A stretch of DNA of 63,999 bases, filler included, from Gonapodya sp. JEL0774 (lineage: Eukaryota), in NCBI GenBank assembly GCA_027604505.1. It is 5 parts of 5 records of this genome, joined end to end, with 100 filler letters (N's around TTAATTAATTAA, not from the genome) between each part and the next. Parts side by side here need not be neighbours in the genome. Positions count along the whole stretch, not along the records: positions 1 to 13,681 come from JADIIX010000320.1; 4 more parts are not named here. One strand, 5' to 3'. The position numbers and the translations under genes are program-made. The first letter of the stretch is position 1; every line of letters begins with the position of its first letter. The notes under the pieces were generated by a model. It was not told where the DNA came from, searched no databases, and saw only the letters and a program-made list of their open reading frames with translations. Positions 1-13,781 of the stretch are shown here, piece by piece.

Positions 1-882
1 GGCGAGTCGGGATCTTTGAGCGTGAGAACAGCGAGCGCGGACGAAGGCGTTGCAGGGGTGGCTGGAATCTCTGGAACGGTGAGCGGTGCAATAATGTCAT
101 CACATGAATCTGGAGTGACAGCGGTCGCTGTTTTCTTCTCTGGCGTCTTGCGCGGAGCCTTCGGTCTCTTAGGTGTCTTGGGTGTGGGCGGATCCGCAGC
201 CTTAGTCTTCTCGGGGGTAACGGGAGGATCGATCTCGCCTCTCTCTATCTTCAGATAATATTCCTTTAAAGCCTGAAGGAAATTTGTCAACCCGTAAGGA
301 TTTGGAGTATGATCAAGACGGGAGGGGGATGGACAAATGGCTCACCTCCTCAAACTTGGCTTTCTCAGCGTCGGCTTCCTCTGTATACTTCTTCTTGGAC
401 TCGATATCAATGGCTTTCCATGACTCGCCCAGAAGTTTTGCAATTTCAGTGGCCTTCTTGTCGGGGTTCTTCTCCTTGAGCTCGGCACTGTCACGTGCGA
501 ATGCGTCATCAAACTTGGGTGATCTTAACGAGATCCTGAAGTCAAATACCCACCGCATGGCCTTTGAAAACAGCATGAATGCGCTCAATCCTTGCTTGGG
601 CTTGTTGGGGTCCCTGGGGGTGGACTTCCGCGTCGTCACATCAACATCCTTGACCTCCTTGAGCGCGGAATCGACAGGATCGGTCTTGCATGCGGCCTTG
701 GTCTTTTGGGAGGCTTGGTACGCGATTGGGATGTGGAAGCCGTGGGTTCGGCGGCTGTAGCGGCAGATGGAGAACTCTTCAGAATGCGAACCAAGACAAA
801 GGTGAGTAGGAGGCGGAAAGTGGATTCAGATGGCGGAGTCGAGGAAAAGGGTATCACTACTCACAGCAACAACTGATTTCAT
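1..882 (-). CDS. HMG-box (NHP6/HMGB-like) protein, spliced, 3' end runs off the scaffold
   Basis: PRDPNKPKQGLSAFMLFS...ELKEKNPDKKATEIAKLLGESWKAIDIESKKKYTEEADAEKAKFEE is an HMG box. GT-AG introns interrupt it. The start codon is tentative. Confidence 0.85.
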
Positions 883-1311
883 GTTTTCAATGTTGGAATG
901 GCGTTGGCATATCAGAGTTTACGGCGTCGAACTACATGAAATGTTGTACAGGGTGGGCGGACGTCTGTGGGGTGGGCTCTGCACCAATGAAAGTTTCACG
1001 TGTCGTGGAGTTCACCATGACCTGCCTTCCAACTTCGCACGCACGCACGTTGATAATTGAATCTTGCGGCAAAAGATTTCCGGCCGCCACTGCATTTATT
1101 CCTGAAAATTTCTTAACATCTGAATCGGCGACATTGCTGATTGTTGCCTTTGCGCGCCAGTTTTTAAAAAATTGACTTTCGCGACATTCCCACGCTTCCC
1201 CCTTTCTTTGTATCGGGGGTTTCTCGTTATCAGTGCATAGGCTGTGGGGGTGATCATCCGGAGAAATGCGAAGCTCTGTCCTGCCCCAGCGAGTCCGGCT
1301 CCACAAAAGGG

Positions 1312-4300
1312 ATGTGGATACTTGTTGGAGACTCTGCGGCAACGCAAGGTTCGCTCATTAAAGCAATTGGATATTGACTCGGGGATTTGATGATGCCCAT
1401 ACTCTATGCTGACTTCCCTGCGAATGTGCTTCGTGATATTATTGCTCGTTCTGCATGCACCTATTGCGCATCGTGCCTGAAAGGCACTCGTCTATGGCTT
1501 AAACCGGGGAAAACGTTTTCGATAGGGAGGAAAGGTGCGGTTTCTTCTCCACCAGTCTGTAGCGGTGCTTGGGTATCATCAATTGACGTTTCCTGCACTG
1601 CGAATGAATCAAAACATATGCCTGGTTCCCATAATACCTGAACTATGGTGAATGTTTAAGAGGGTACTCTTTCATATGCGACTGAGAAGAGCATCAGCAG
1701 GAGTCACGCGTACTTTTCCGTTTCGAACGTTACAGATGGAATGGCGGTGAGCGCAACGTCTGCTCGGATTCGTTTTGGCTACTCACATCGACAATGCACA
1801 ACACGTGCATAGGCGGATTTGAGATATCACCCCACAGTCACTCTTACCGATGAATCGAAGTTCTATTACACTTATGTGAACGGAGTGCCTTCTACCGACA
1901 CCAGTCGCGTCAGACAGCTTATAAAAAATGATGCAATAGGATTTGGGAATGCGGCTGCTGACGGGGAAGCACCTGTGCGGTTCAGGTGTGTACTGTGACT
2001 CATGGGATGGCTCCGGGGTGGTCGCTCAAATCCCATCCATTTAGGCTGAAACGCGAACCAGTTGTTATCTGCCTCTCCGGTGTCCCAAAGGTTCTCAAGA
2101 AGGAGCTCACTGCCCTCGCCCATAAACTTGGTTCGTGTTATTCCTGCTCTCATCATTGACTCTTCATCGAATCCTCCACCATCTTAGATATAAAACTAGA
2201 GTCCGATTGGACAGATAGCTGCACCCATCTCGTCATGCAGACGCTTAAGGTCACCTACAAGGCCGTCACCTGCCTCGCTGACTGCCGTCACATCGTTTCG
2301 GACGCGTGGGTACGAGGTATTTTAGCAGTCAACGAAGTAGGGTTCATGCTGCCTACAGAGGCCGAGTAGGTTGTGCCTGTCCAGCGCTGAAAATATCGTA
2401 CTGACTGATGTCCTTGTCTCGAAGATTTCTACCTGAAATCGTCGAGGAGTCAGTAGTCTCTAATGAGATCAACTTTGCGCCTGACCCAAGGCGTCGCACC
2501 CTTTTCAAAGGAAGAACTTTCGTGTTCTTTACCCAGAGTCAAGTTCGCATCAATCTCTTGTGAACCTATCGACATTGTGAACACTCACACTTCCCCTGCA
2601 TTGTGATGTGATTTCTTATGCGACTCAGATCGAAAAGCACTCCCCGTCGATCACACGTTGCTCTGGCAAAGTTCATGCAATGCTCATCCGTCCCACAGAC
2701 AGTGAGGCCGACATTCTTCGAGACGTGAATGACATAGAGGAGCTGACCCTGGTCTCGGCAAAGGACGGGGGCGTGGGTGAGGTGGAAAACAGGATCATCG
2801 CAAGGGTAGCAAAGAGGTTGGGATCACACTCCATTTATGTTCTTAGCGTTACCCTGAGATTTCTCGCGTATTGGTTCTCCGTACAGCCTCGGCACACGTC
2901 TCATAAGTGCTGAGGAGATTGGTTACGCTGTACTTTTTGCCTCCACCGCACAGCACACCAACCCCTCCGATGACATTCTTGACCCTCTCGCCACGCAAAG
3001 AACGCAAAAGACACAAAAAACACAGCAAAAGGCTCAGAGTGATGCAGCCTCCGGTGATGTGTCCGGTTTAGGGAGATCTTCTGGAGCTGCAGTGAAAGTG
3101 GAGCCCGAGCTCGCAAAGGTGGGCATCCATTAGGGCTGTTTGATACAATAACGCGCGCGCACCTCATGAGGCGGATTCAGTTGTTTGGTAGTCATCTGTC
3201 AGGTCTGAACCCTGCCTTCAAGGCAGAGTCTCCGGGAGGACCGGTGAGTGCAACCCTCCGGTGACTGTCACCACCACACTTTGTAAATATTACTCCCTGT
3301 TTGTTTCCTCAGATAATATCGCAGCCAGTGACTGCCTACTCCGCCAGAAAATTGGATGATTTGTTGGATGACATGATGGGTGACGAGGAGGAGCCGGAGC
3401 CGGCTCCACCAGCTGATTTGTCCCAAGTAAGTCGTACGTTGCTTGCCTGCCAAATTGTCGTAGGCTAACATGTATTCCTTCTAGGAGGCCCCAGAATGGA
3501 TAGATGATCCGCCACCAATGCAAGCTCCCCAAACCCTGGGCAAACGCAAATCGCGCGTTGTCGATGATGAAGATGAGCGAGATGTCCTGGGGAAGGCCGC
3601 ACTGTCCACTGTGAACAAGCGAGCGAGAATGGATGTGACTCACCGGGATGCACTCGGATCAAAAGTCGTGGACGCTCTCCCTGTCGGGAGGGTCGCTCCA
3701 GTACGTGAAGACCATGAGGATGATGAAAATTTCGCGAAAGCAAGGCCGAATCGTGCAAAGTTTGAATCCATGATTCCTGCAGCTTCGACCGTCCGTCCGC
3801 AGATTGAAAGCGTAAGATTGGATGAGGATGATGACCTCGATTTCGCTGTCGCTGACGCCAAGCCCGGCTCTGAAAAGTCGAAGAAGGGAGGGGCACGGGC
3901 AAAAAAACTAAAAACAGTGGAGGATGAGGCTATACAAAAACAGGCGGCAGCCTTCAGGAGAGAAAGAATGGCGAAGCAGCAGGAGGACGACGAAATGCAG
4001 GTGCCTGACGGAACCACAACCCTTGTGAAGGTTGAGTTTGCGGACATTGTCGTGGAACCTCAGCTGACTTCGGTCTCAAACGACGGGAGCCGCGGAAAGG
4101 GCAAGGGGAAAGTGTCCGAGCAAAGGCTCAACTTTAAAAGGTTTAAAAAGGTGGGGTTACTCATCACCTTGTAATCTGACTTAATCCATCAAAGTTTTCC
4201 TTTTATACCACCTCAAGCAACTTCTTGCACCCTTTACCAACGGCGCTCCGAATGCAGCCTCGGAAACAGATGCTGGACGGCGGCATGCAATACCCACCAT

Positions 4301-4985
4301 ACCTTTGGACGAGCTTGCTCCATACGAGCGTCGTGGGGAGGAACGCGTGTGGATTAGGCCGAACAATAGCACGAAAGGTGGTAAAGGCAAGGGCCGGCGG
4401 GCTCAGCAAGCTGATCGATGGGGGTTCCCTGTTGTCGACGAGAATTCGGAAGAGGAAAAGGACGATGAATGGGCAGCGGCTGCCCATGCCACCTTTTCCA
4501 GAGGGAGTGGGACGAGTAGAGGCACTACGCCGGTGGTGGCATCTTCCGAGATCCAGGATGTCGATGAAGAGGGTGCAACGGTATCCGGGCTGGTTACTCA
4601 CTCCAAAACGCATTCTGCAGGAACGCACGTTATAAGGGATTCCGACGAAGACGAGGAACAGTCACCACTTCTTGCGCGACATTCTGTTGTCGTCAAGAAA
4701 AAGCCTCGGCTTTTGGAAGACAGTGATGAAGATGCTCCACCTCCTCCACCTCGAGTGGTGGGGACTGAAAAGGGTCCATCAAAGTCCCGTACCAATACAA
4801 TCACCTCAAAAGAATCTCGAGCAACACCTCCTCCTTCCAGTAAACCTTCGGTCAGGGGGAGAGCGACACAAGCCAAAAAGGCGAACAGGTCGCAAAAGTC
4901 GCAATCGCAGTTTGTGCTGCCGAGTGACGACGAGGAAGATGATGCAATGCCAACATTCCAATGGAGGATCGGGGCGAGGAAGTGA
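1312..4985 (+). CDS. NBS1: Nibrin/Nbs1 (FHA-BRCT protein of the MRN complex), multi-exon
   Basis: Starts MWIL. FHA motifs IGRK, KSISRSHA and DESKFYYTYVNG. BRCT motif CTHLVMQTLKVTYKAV. Mre11-binding NFKRFKK at about 4130. Acidic C-terminal tail ending in FQW, resembling the ATM-binding tail. Confidence 0.85.
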
Positions 4986-5093
4986 GGGAAGAGATGAAGA
5001 ATGGTATTGTCAACGGTATTTTTCAGAACTCGCTCATTGTATCATCCACATGTAATTATAGAACCCAACTGCTCCCACCAATCTTCCAAAGCG

Positions 5094-7374
5094 TCACTGC
5101 GTTTTACAGTCCTCGTTGTTTGCAGTGTCCGCACTCACAAACACCTTTTTCGGTCCCTTGCCGCGTTCCAAAAAGGTCCTCATCCCTTTCGCATTCCCTT
5201 TTGCTGGAGCTTCACGCTGCTCCTCAATCATGATGCTAGAGACAGAGCCGAGGGGTGAGTCTGCATATGCCATGCCGCCACCACATGGAGACGAAGGGAG
5301 GAATGAAGTTGATTGAAAGTGGAGGTGTGTCGTTGGGCGTGAGGGAGTGTCATCGGCACTGCTGTGGCGTGCGAGAGAAGAGAAGTCGGAGGTCGTTGAC
5401 GAAGTTGTCGCGTCAGAGATCGAGGGGGACGTCGTGGACGGGAAGGTCGAGGTTGGGGAGGAAGTGCTGAGACGAGTGTTGGGGAAGATGGGGCATGTGG
5501 GGGAGTTTGGGCTAGAAGGCTGAGGGATAGGGGAAGCTACCCGGGAAGGAGTACCGTCAACAAACATGGGATGATTCGCATGTGAGATCTCCTGAGCTGG
5601 AAGGATTGGAAGGAAGTCAGGTGGAACTGGTCCATGGGAGCCCTGCCGCGGAGCAACGCCGGAGAGAGTATGTGTCCCACGCGGACGCCAAGGAGTTGGG
5701 ACCGAAGTGTTTAAACGAGAATCCTTCTGTGGCTCTGCTGCCGGGGCAGCCGCTTCGTCTCTCGTATTACTCCTGGAGAGATCGTTGGCTGGTTCAGTTC
5801 TGTGCTCTCCGATTATCCCTGCCTTAAGTCTTAGTTTCAAATCGTCGAGCTCAAACTTTACGTTGGCAAGTTTTGCCCTTTCCGATTCGAGCTCCGCGTC
5901 TCGTTCGGCGAGTGCCTTCTCTGTGGACCTGAGCTTCTCCGTCTCCCCCAGTCTCATCATCCGGCCCGTCCTGTTCTCCCTCCTAAGGGCTTCATTCTCG
6001 GCCGTAAGATGTTGCAGCCTGAGCCGCATCGTACCCAATGCACTAGCGTCTTCAGGTCCGGGCGACCCCCCACCAAGGTCCATCCGGAAAAGTCCCGGTC
6101 CACCAAGTCCCCGTTCCCGCTCAAGAGCATTGAGTTTAGCGGAGAGTTCCTTGTTCTCGGACTCCCGTTGTGCAAGGGCTGATTCGAGTCTCCTCACACG
6201 CTCCTGGTCGCCCTTTGCAAGGCTGAGCTGGGAGAGTCGGGAGATATGGTTACGCATGCGCTCCTGCTGGTGAATAGACATAGTGTGGGCGCGAACCAAG
6301 CCGGCGTGCTTGGCGGACAAGTCGCGGTGCTTGTTCTCCCACTCTTTGCGTCTGTCCTCGACCTCACTGAAGAGGGACTTGCCGTTAGTGTCCGGACCGT
6401 CGGGTTCTTCGGAATCAGACAAGGGCGCAGAAGCAATGAAGTGTGCTGCCGTGTCGTCCTCACCGCCGAGTCTGCGCACAGTGCTGCGAAGTTGCTCCAC
6501 AGTTTCGCGTTCTTGGGCAACCGCAGCTTCTAGGTCGAGGATACGAGAAAAGCAGGCAGCCTCGCCATCGCGGAGGCTGTCAATCTCGGTACACCGCTCC
6601 TCGAGTTCCCGGCATTGAGCGACCACAGCGTCCAGCTCCTCTGCGCGGAACGAGGCCTCGCGTTCTGCTGCTTCCCGTCCATGCTCGGACTCGACCAAGG
6701 CGTCCTCGAGGTCGCCCACCCTTTTCCGCAGCGCGACAATCTCCTCCGACTCTGCGCGCTTTTCGTCTCGATCCTTCTTGGACTGGTCGACCTTGTCTGT
6801 CCTCATCCTGGCACATTCTTCTTCTAGCTGTTCGATTCTCCTCGCCGCAAAGTCCGCATCCCGTCTGGCCTGTTCCGCAAGCTCCTGCCTCCTCCGCTCA
6901 GCTTTTTCACGTGCAATTTCCGCGGCCTTAAGTTTCGCTTCGGTTGTGTCCAAATTCGACTGGAGCTCGCCTGTGAGTTTCTCCAACCGGACGATATGCG
7001 CCTCGGTGTCTGTAGCGGAAATACCAGGAGCCCTCGAAGCTGAAAGAGCGAGCGCAGCTGATATTGTGTCATCAATCATCTGTGTTTGGTCCGCGGCTCC
7101 GGCTGAAGGTTTACTCGCATTGTCGCAGAGACGGGCAATGTCCAGTTTGAGACGCGCATTCTCCTCGAGAAGCTGCTGGCCGAATTGGGCCGACAAGATG
7201 AGCTCTGTTTGGACGGTCGACGGGACAGGAAGGAAGCGAGAGGAAACCGGTTCGTCACTATGCTACCGTCTTCACTGAGAACATTTCCTCGCACAAGTTG
7301 CGCTCGATTCAATCAGTTCCCCACGATAAAGTCTTACCATTTTGCAGCTCTTCCATCGGGTCCATGGGGTCCAT
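5094..7374 (-). CDS. SPDL1: Spindly-like coiled-coil dynein adaptor
   Basis: CC1-box-like ELILSAQFGQQLLEEN, Spindly-box-like GKSLFSEVEDRR, a long coiled coil and a C-terminal CaaX (CKTQ*). A short first exon MDPMDPMEELQN joins in frame through a predicted intron at about 7206-7337. Confidence 0.75.
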
Positions 7375-7689
7375 CGCCAGACTGTACGCCCGAAATCGGG
7401 GGGATGATCTCTCTCTCTTGCTTGTGCCTTGGCCATTGCGAAGATGGACACACTTCACTGACAAGGGGTATCGTCGATGTTATGCAAAATTTCATACATG
7501 TCAGAAATTACTATGCATGCAAATTTTACCAAGGAAAGTAGAGTTGGAATCGTGTTATTCTATCCTTATATTATACTCACACCTTCCAAATCTCACTCAT
7601 CGTCTGCGCCAAGCACAACAATCGCCAATAGACACGTCAGTTGCTCATTACACAAAACACACCAAAGAGGCCTCAGAAACATGCCCCTC

Positions 7690-9860
7690 ACTTACCCGAA
7701 TCCACGATCCGCTCCTCCGACAGAGCTGATTTCTTCCCCCTCACCGAGCTCCCACCTTGTTCCTCTGAGTCAATGTCTCCATCCGAGGCGCCGGCTCCAC
7801 GACGGCGTCTTTTGCTACTAGATTTGGCAGAGGAGGTAGAGGGAGCCTTGCGTTTTGTGGAGGATCTCTTCTGTGATTGTGCGACGGTGTGTGGATGCAC
7901 AGAAGCACCGCGCCAGAGAAGCACCGCGGTGGCGGGAAATGCATGAAAGCATCCCATGCAATTGCACGAGCACAGTTTGCGACGTGAAATGGTTCAGTCC
8001 TGATGGCAACTTCCATCGACAAACAACACACCTGTGACTTCCGAGCCTTACTCTCATACTCGTCGAATTCATCCTCCGTAATCTCTTCATCTTCTTCCCC
8101 CTCCTCTTCGTCGTCCCCTGCATTGTCGTTCCTCCCAGCAGACATGGTGGCAGGTTTCGGCTTGTCGGTTATGATGCGCTTGGTGGAATTATCAATTTTA
8201 CCCTCTGGCGGTTTAGCAGATTTCTCCTCCACGACCTCCTCTTCCATTTCCTCCTCGGATTTTGACTCCTCGTCATCATCATCACTGTCACTACCCTTCT
8301 TCCCTTTCCCCCTGCCCTTGCTTGACCCAGGCTTCCCATTCTTTCCACTAGTTTTTGCCTTCTTCTTTGACGCCTTCTGTAACAATGCCAAATTACTTCA
8401 GCATACTCTTTCCACGAAATTGAGCAGAAAGCTCACCTTCGAATTGCCCCCGCCACCGCGTGCCGAGACTTGCTTTGGAGACTTCAAGAAGTCCCATAGT
8501 CGGTCCATGAGATCTTCTTTGGTGCCAGAGTGTGGGAGCTAGATTGTGCGGGTTCGAGGGAAACAGAGAGATTGTAGAATCAGTTGATCTGAGGAATACA
8601 CGACGTGCATCGCACGATAGGTCGGCCTTCAATCTAAACACCGTCCATGGCAGCGCAAGTTCTATTCTCAGGCGCTCAGTGAACCACACCATAGCCCTTT
8701 GTAGTGCCAAGAAGCCTCCACCACCATGAAGAACCACTCGTGGTGTGTAGCAACTTTCAACCTCGCGGCCACAACTCACCTGCAGTATTCCCGTCAAATC
8801 TTTCAACCCTTCGAGCTTCCACCCTTCCAATTTCTTCTTCCAACGTTTCTCCACCTCACCTCCCTCTTCTGATGCGACTCCTCGCCATGCCCTAATGTGG
8901 GCCTTGACTTCCATGTGCTTCGAGGGAGCATTGTACAGAAGGCGGTGGAGTCCTTGAAGTGTGTCGGATTTTCCAGGGAGCTTGGACAAGGCTGGGTAGG
9001 TGGGATAGTGGAGGAGTTTAGGAGAGATAAGAGCATGCAGGCACTTTTCTCTCCCAAATCGCAAAAAAACTCTGCCCCAGGACCAACGATTCACCGAACG
9101 GGCCGGGGCGGCGCGGGGGGGCGGGGGCGGGGGCGGGGGGGGGCGGGGGGGGGGGCGGCGGGGGCGGGGGGGGGGGGCGGGCGAGCGGAGGCGCGCCGGG
9201 CGGNNNNNNNNNNTGTCATAGACACAGTATCACGTCCTCTACACTCAAGATGGGTAGTGCTCAGTCCAACTCTAGTTCATTCGATTGGCGTAGGAGTCCC
9301 AACCAATACAATCGCCTTGCCCACGCCGTCACTCCAGTCAATTCACCTTCCTTAATCGCATCAATATCTCCCAGTGCCACTCCCCTCCCCTCTGGCGCCG
9401 ACCACAGCTCTTTGCGCTTAGAGGATTCTGTCTCGGCGGCTCTGGCCGCGCTGGTGCTGCTCGCTGCAGGCTTCCGTGCGCGGGAGGAGGTGCGACGGTC
9501 AGGTTGTGCGTCCAGCTACGAAGAGGTGAGGATGAGCTTATGTGTTCGAATTGGTGGGGATCGCGAGGGGATTCCGAGGTGATTCACCTCGTCGGCCGAG
9601 TGTCCATTCATATCACCTTCCTCGTGCTTGGGTTTTATTTCCACAACAATCTTCAGCTCTGACGCCACCAGACCTTCTTCCACGCCCTCATCCTCGGTCT
9701 TTCCATGCTTCCCGTTGACGACAGAGAGGGCAACATTGCGATTCTCGTCAGATTCGAAGGCGCCCGGCAACGAATGAACGGATCCTTCATCCCTGACAGT
9801 TGAGCTTGCTTCGGGAGGAGATATTTCCTTTTCGCCCGAGGGCAAAAGGGTTTCTGTCAT
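7690..9860 (-). CDS. DEK: DEK-like chromatin protein (SAP-like domain), spliced, contains an assembly gap
   Basis: LQGLHRLLY...KAHIRAWRG...KLEGLKDLTGILQ and SGTKEDLMDRLWDFLKSP match the DEK central/SAP region, with acidic and Lys-rich tracts. The 3' boundary is uncertain. Confidence 0.7.
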
Positions 9861-10233
9861 ATACTTTTTGTTGGGTGTGAGGTAGTAGTACGCTGTTAGT
9901 TCATTACCCCAGACCCTCTGTTCCTATCCACGGCAGGGGAGAGCCCCCCCGTTTAACAATCACCTGTACAATCGCACTGGACCTGTTTTGCTGTCCGCAC
10001 CACTATACTTTTTGTCGTATCACATAAAGAGCTCGGCATCTTATATCTGTTCATGGACAAACGGGTTCGCTGTGACGGAGAAGAAAAGAAAAAAGAACAG
10101 CAACTGATCTTTCTGCCTTGTTTTCAGAATAGTTTGCTGTACTGGGTGCGGTGTATGACGAACAGTTGTACTGGTGACGTCGTCATACTCATTCGGCACG
10201 CAAATAACTCCACGGTTCTTTGAAGTTGTCATC

Positions 10234-12933
10234 ATGCCGCCAACCCGCAGCGGACAAAGGACTGCAGTGACGTGGTCGATCCACTCTTCCCTCTCTTCTG
10301 CTCGATCGAGACGCACTGCTCTCGAATCTCGAAGACGTCGAGAGCGAGAACGACGGCGTGACGATTATGAAGACAAACTCGAAGCCGGTGCGGACGGCGA
10401 AAGCGCGCGGACATTCTCAGTTCTGAGGAACGAGTTTGCAATCGTTTCAGGAGCAGGGAGCGCTGCAGAAGCCGAGAACATCAAGAACTCCGTTGCATCG
10501 GCCTTGAATTTTGGTGTCCTTCCCCACGAGCTCCAGACTCTACTTCTCACACTAGCCCTTGCAACTCTTACACGTCCTGAAACTCAATCGCCTATCGACT
10601 CCCACAAACTACTCGCACTGCTCGCCGCTCAAAGCAACTCCTCGCAAACTTCGATAACCACTAGTTCGGCTTCTCAAACACCCCACATACCCGCGACCCC
10701 CGCCCTCCACGTTTCTCCACCCACCATCGCTGCTCTTGAAGCAGTTCTCCGCGGCTCGGAATCTCGGGGTGACTTGGGTGACGCAGGATGGTCACTCGAC
10801 GTAATCGAAGACCAAAAGGGAACGGACAGAGTTTTACTCACCAGGTTCAACGCACATGGGTGAGCTTGCGGGCCACGTAGAAAGCATGGTGGAGGGACTC
10901 TTAACCATGTTGATATGGAGCATCGTGGGGTTCTGGATCTTACACTGCTGAATTGCCTCCCCACATTCGCACTCTTGTTTCCACCCCGCCAGTCAACCCG
11001 TTATCTCGCCACCCATCTTGCCTCCCTCCCAAAAATTCCCGTCTCCAAGTACTTCCACTACCCCTTCTTCCAGCAAAATCGTACCCAAAAGCCCTGGGAA
11101 ACTCAGCGCTTCCTCCACTTCCGTTGTACATTTGTCTACGGTACCCTCCGATACTCTGGCCTCCCTCACGTCCCTCCTCTCCACACCCTCGGCGCTCACG
11201 CGGGCTGTGCTTGAAAAGGATATGGGCTGGGGGGAACTGTCGAATATGGTGGCACGGCCTAGTGTAGTGGAGAGGTGCCGGGCGGAGAAGGTGGGTTTGC
11301 AGAAGGAAGATGTGGCGTGGGTTGCTGGAACTCGCGATCTCTCTGAGAATCATGCTTTTGTGGATGCGTAGTTGTTGCGGTTCGCGTTATTGTTGTCGCA
11401 AAGCGTAGGGTGTCCGAGGGCGTTCGCCAGGGTCAACGGATTTTGTTGATGTTCTTCTATCTTCCAATCAACCTTACAATCTCATCAACTCCCCTTCTCC
11501 ACCGTTACCATAGCTCAAATCTCACAACCGTGTCTATTTCCGCGAATTCTGTACACATGGTACCAAGGAGGAGTGTCGTCGTAAAAACCGCGCTCAGCGA
11601 GCTTGTGCGAGAGTGAGTGTCTGAATTATCATCTCACGAGATAGTTACCCAAATATCCACCCACGCTCTCTCTTTCCCGTTTCCTCAATCACAATTTTCA
11701 TTTCGTCATTCTTGCACTGCAATGCTCTCAGATCCACTTCCTCCCTACAATTCGCCCCCACACCGACCCTTCCCTCGGGGACTGCTCGTACCTCAATACG
11801 TGCCACAGACCCGATACGTGCAAGTACTTACATTATGAGCTAGACGACGCCGAGGTGGAAGGGAGCAAGGGGAAGGTGACGAGGATGGTATGTGTAATGC
11901 CCGTGTTTGGTGCAAAGCTAGTATTGAAGTCAAAACTCACGAAACCAACATTGTGATTCCTTCCTCTACCTCGTATTATCGAACACCTCGACCTCTGTAT
12001 TTTTTTACCACAAACTGGGCTTTAATCGCATTCCGCCCCTGCCGCAGCCTCTGACACGCCTCTGGCCCGCTCAGTGGGTCAACTGCGACGTCCGGTCGTT
12101 GGATTATAGGGTTTTGGGGAAGTTTTCGGTAATAATGGCAGATCCGCCTTGGGACATTCATATGTCAGTGAGTTTGCAGTTGTTCAAGAAATTGCGGCTA
12201 GGGAACGGGGTACTTTTGGCATTATTTCGCCTGCAGTACTGGTGGAGGCGTTGAAATTGGTGCTGCACACGTTTATACCTCCTTTCCAACCCTTCCTCTC
12301 ACCTCTCGAACCGTCTTTCCAGCTCCCATACGGCACTATGAAAGACGACGAAATGCGCGCAATGCCCCTCCACCACCTCCAGGACGATGGATTCATTTTC
12401 CTATGGGTCACGGGCCGTGCCATGGAACTGGGCCGCGAATGTCTCCAAATTTGGGGTTACGATCGTGTCGAGGAACTGATTTGGGTCAAGACCAACCAGT
12501 TGCAGAGGCTCATCCGCACTGGTCGGACGGGTCACTGGTTGAACCACTCAAAGGAACATTGCCTGGTCGGCATTAAAGGCAACCCCAAGTACAATGGCGG
12601 TATCGATGCGGACGTTTTGGTGGCCGAGGTGAGGGAGACAAGTCGAAAGCCGGACGAAGTGTACAATATTGTGGATAGGCTGGCGCCGTTTTCGAGAAAG
12701 GTGGAGATATTTGGTAGGATGCATAACACAAGGGATGGGTGGGTAACGCTAGGAAATCAGCTCGATGGGGTTCGGCTTTACGAGAAAGATGTGTTGGTGA
12801 GTAGCACGTGCTTACGAATGTTCTTGGAATATGTATTGAGGACACTCGACTCTTTCATTATGGTCATTTGCATCTCTAGGAGCGATGGAACGCGAGGTAT
12901 CCTGATAAAGCGACTACTTTGGCTCGAATATAA
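10234..12933 (+). CDS. METTL3: mRNA m6A methyltransferase catalytic subunit (MT-A70; METTL3/IME4), multi-exon
   Basis: CCCH fingers ([19 protein letters not shown]...CKYLHYE), catalytic [53 protein letters not shown] and RETSRKPDE. Confidence 0.95.
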
Positions 12934-13312
12934 ATTGGTGTGGAATGTAAAGGATTTGTTGGGGTATTAATATTAGCAAACAAACCTAATCATGTGCATT
13001 GTCTCGATATATATGCGTCTCTCCTGGATTCCTTTCTAACAGCGTGCGAAAAGTTTGGGGAATCGGCCTTCGCCACAACGAACCCACTCACTTCCAAACC
13101 CTCATCCGCCTTCCCAAATATCCAAGCTTCTTCGTGAGTTTCACCCAAACCTCCTCCCGCATCGAGCGCTATCTCAGAGGTTGAAGTTTCAACGCCTCCG
13201 CCGTTTCTTTTCGCTCCCCCTGGTATCCTCTCCTTCCTCCTTAGCACCGCGCACCAAGGACTCGCCGACGCCGCAACCTCTGCGAAGCCACTGTCAATCA
13301 ACCCTTGAAGTC

Positions 13313-13681
13313 ATGAAATCAATTGTTGATGTGAGCAGTGATACCCTTTTCCTCGATTCCGCCATCAAAATCCACTTTCCGCCTCTAACTCACCTTCGTG
13401 TTGGTTCGCATTCTCCAGAGTTCTGCATCTGCCGCTACAGCCGCCGAACCCACGGCTTCCACATCCCAATCGCGTACCAAGCCTCCCAAAAAGACCAACG
13501 CCGCACGCAAGACCGATCCTGTCGATTCCGCGCTCAAGGAGGTCAAGGATGGTGGTGTGACGAAGCGGAAGTCCACCCCCAGGGACCCCAGCAAGCCCAA
13601 GCAGGGATTGAGCGCATTCATGCTGTTTTCAAAGGCCATGCGGTGGGTATTTGACTTCAGGATCTCGTTAAGATCACCCAA
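13313..13681 (+). CDS. Second HMG-box gene copy (5' part), inverted relative to 515-882, truncated by the scaffold end
   Basis: Closely similar reverse complement of about 515-882; encodes PRDPSKPKQGLSAFMLFSKAMR. Confidence 0.8.
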
Positions 13682-13781
13682 NNNNNNNNNNNNNNNNNNN
13701 NNNNNNNNNNNNNNNNNNNNNNNNNTTAATTAATTAANNNNNNNNNNNNNNNNNNNNNNNNNNNNNNNNNNNNNNNNNNNN
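13682..13781. other. Artificial scaffold spacer (N44-TTAATTAATTAA-N44)
   Basis: All-frame stop linker between N runs. The same spacer occurs four times in the window. Confidence 0.97.

Noticed and set aside
1..882. HMG gene as a mating-type (sexP/sexM) gene
   Set aside because: The box is NHP6/HMGB-like (DPNKPK..LSAFMLF), not MATA-HMG-like.
9097..9213. G-rich tract as a G-quadruplex or Gly-rich coding region
   Set aside because: It abuts an N gap and looks like low-quality read-end sequence. The same applies to the C-rich tract at about 48140-48300.
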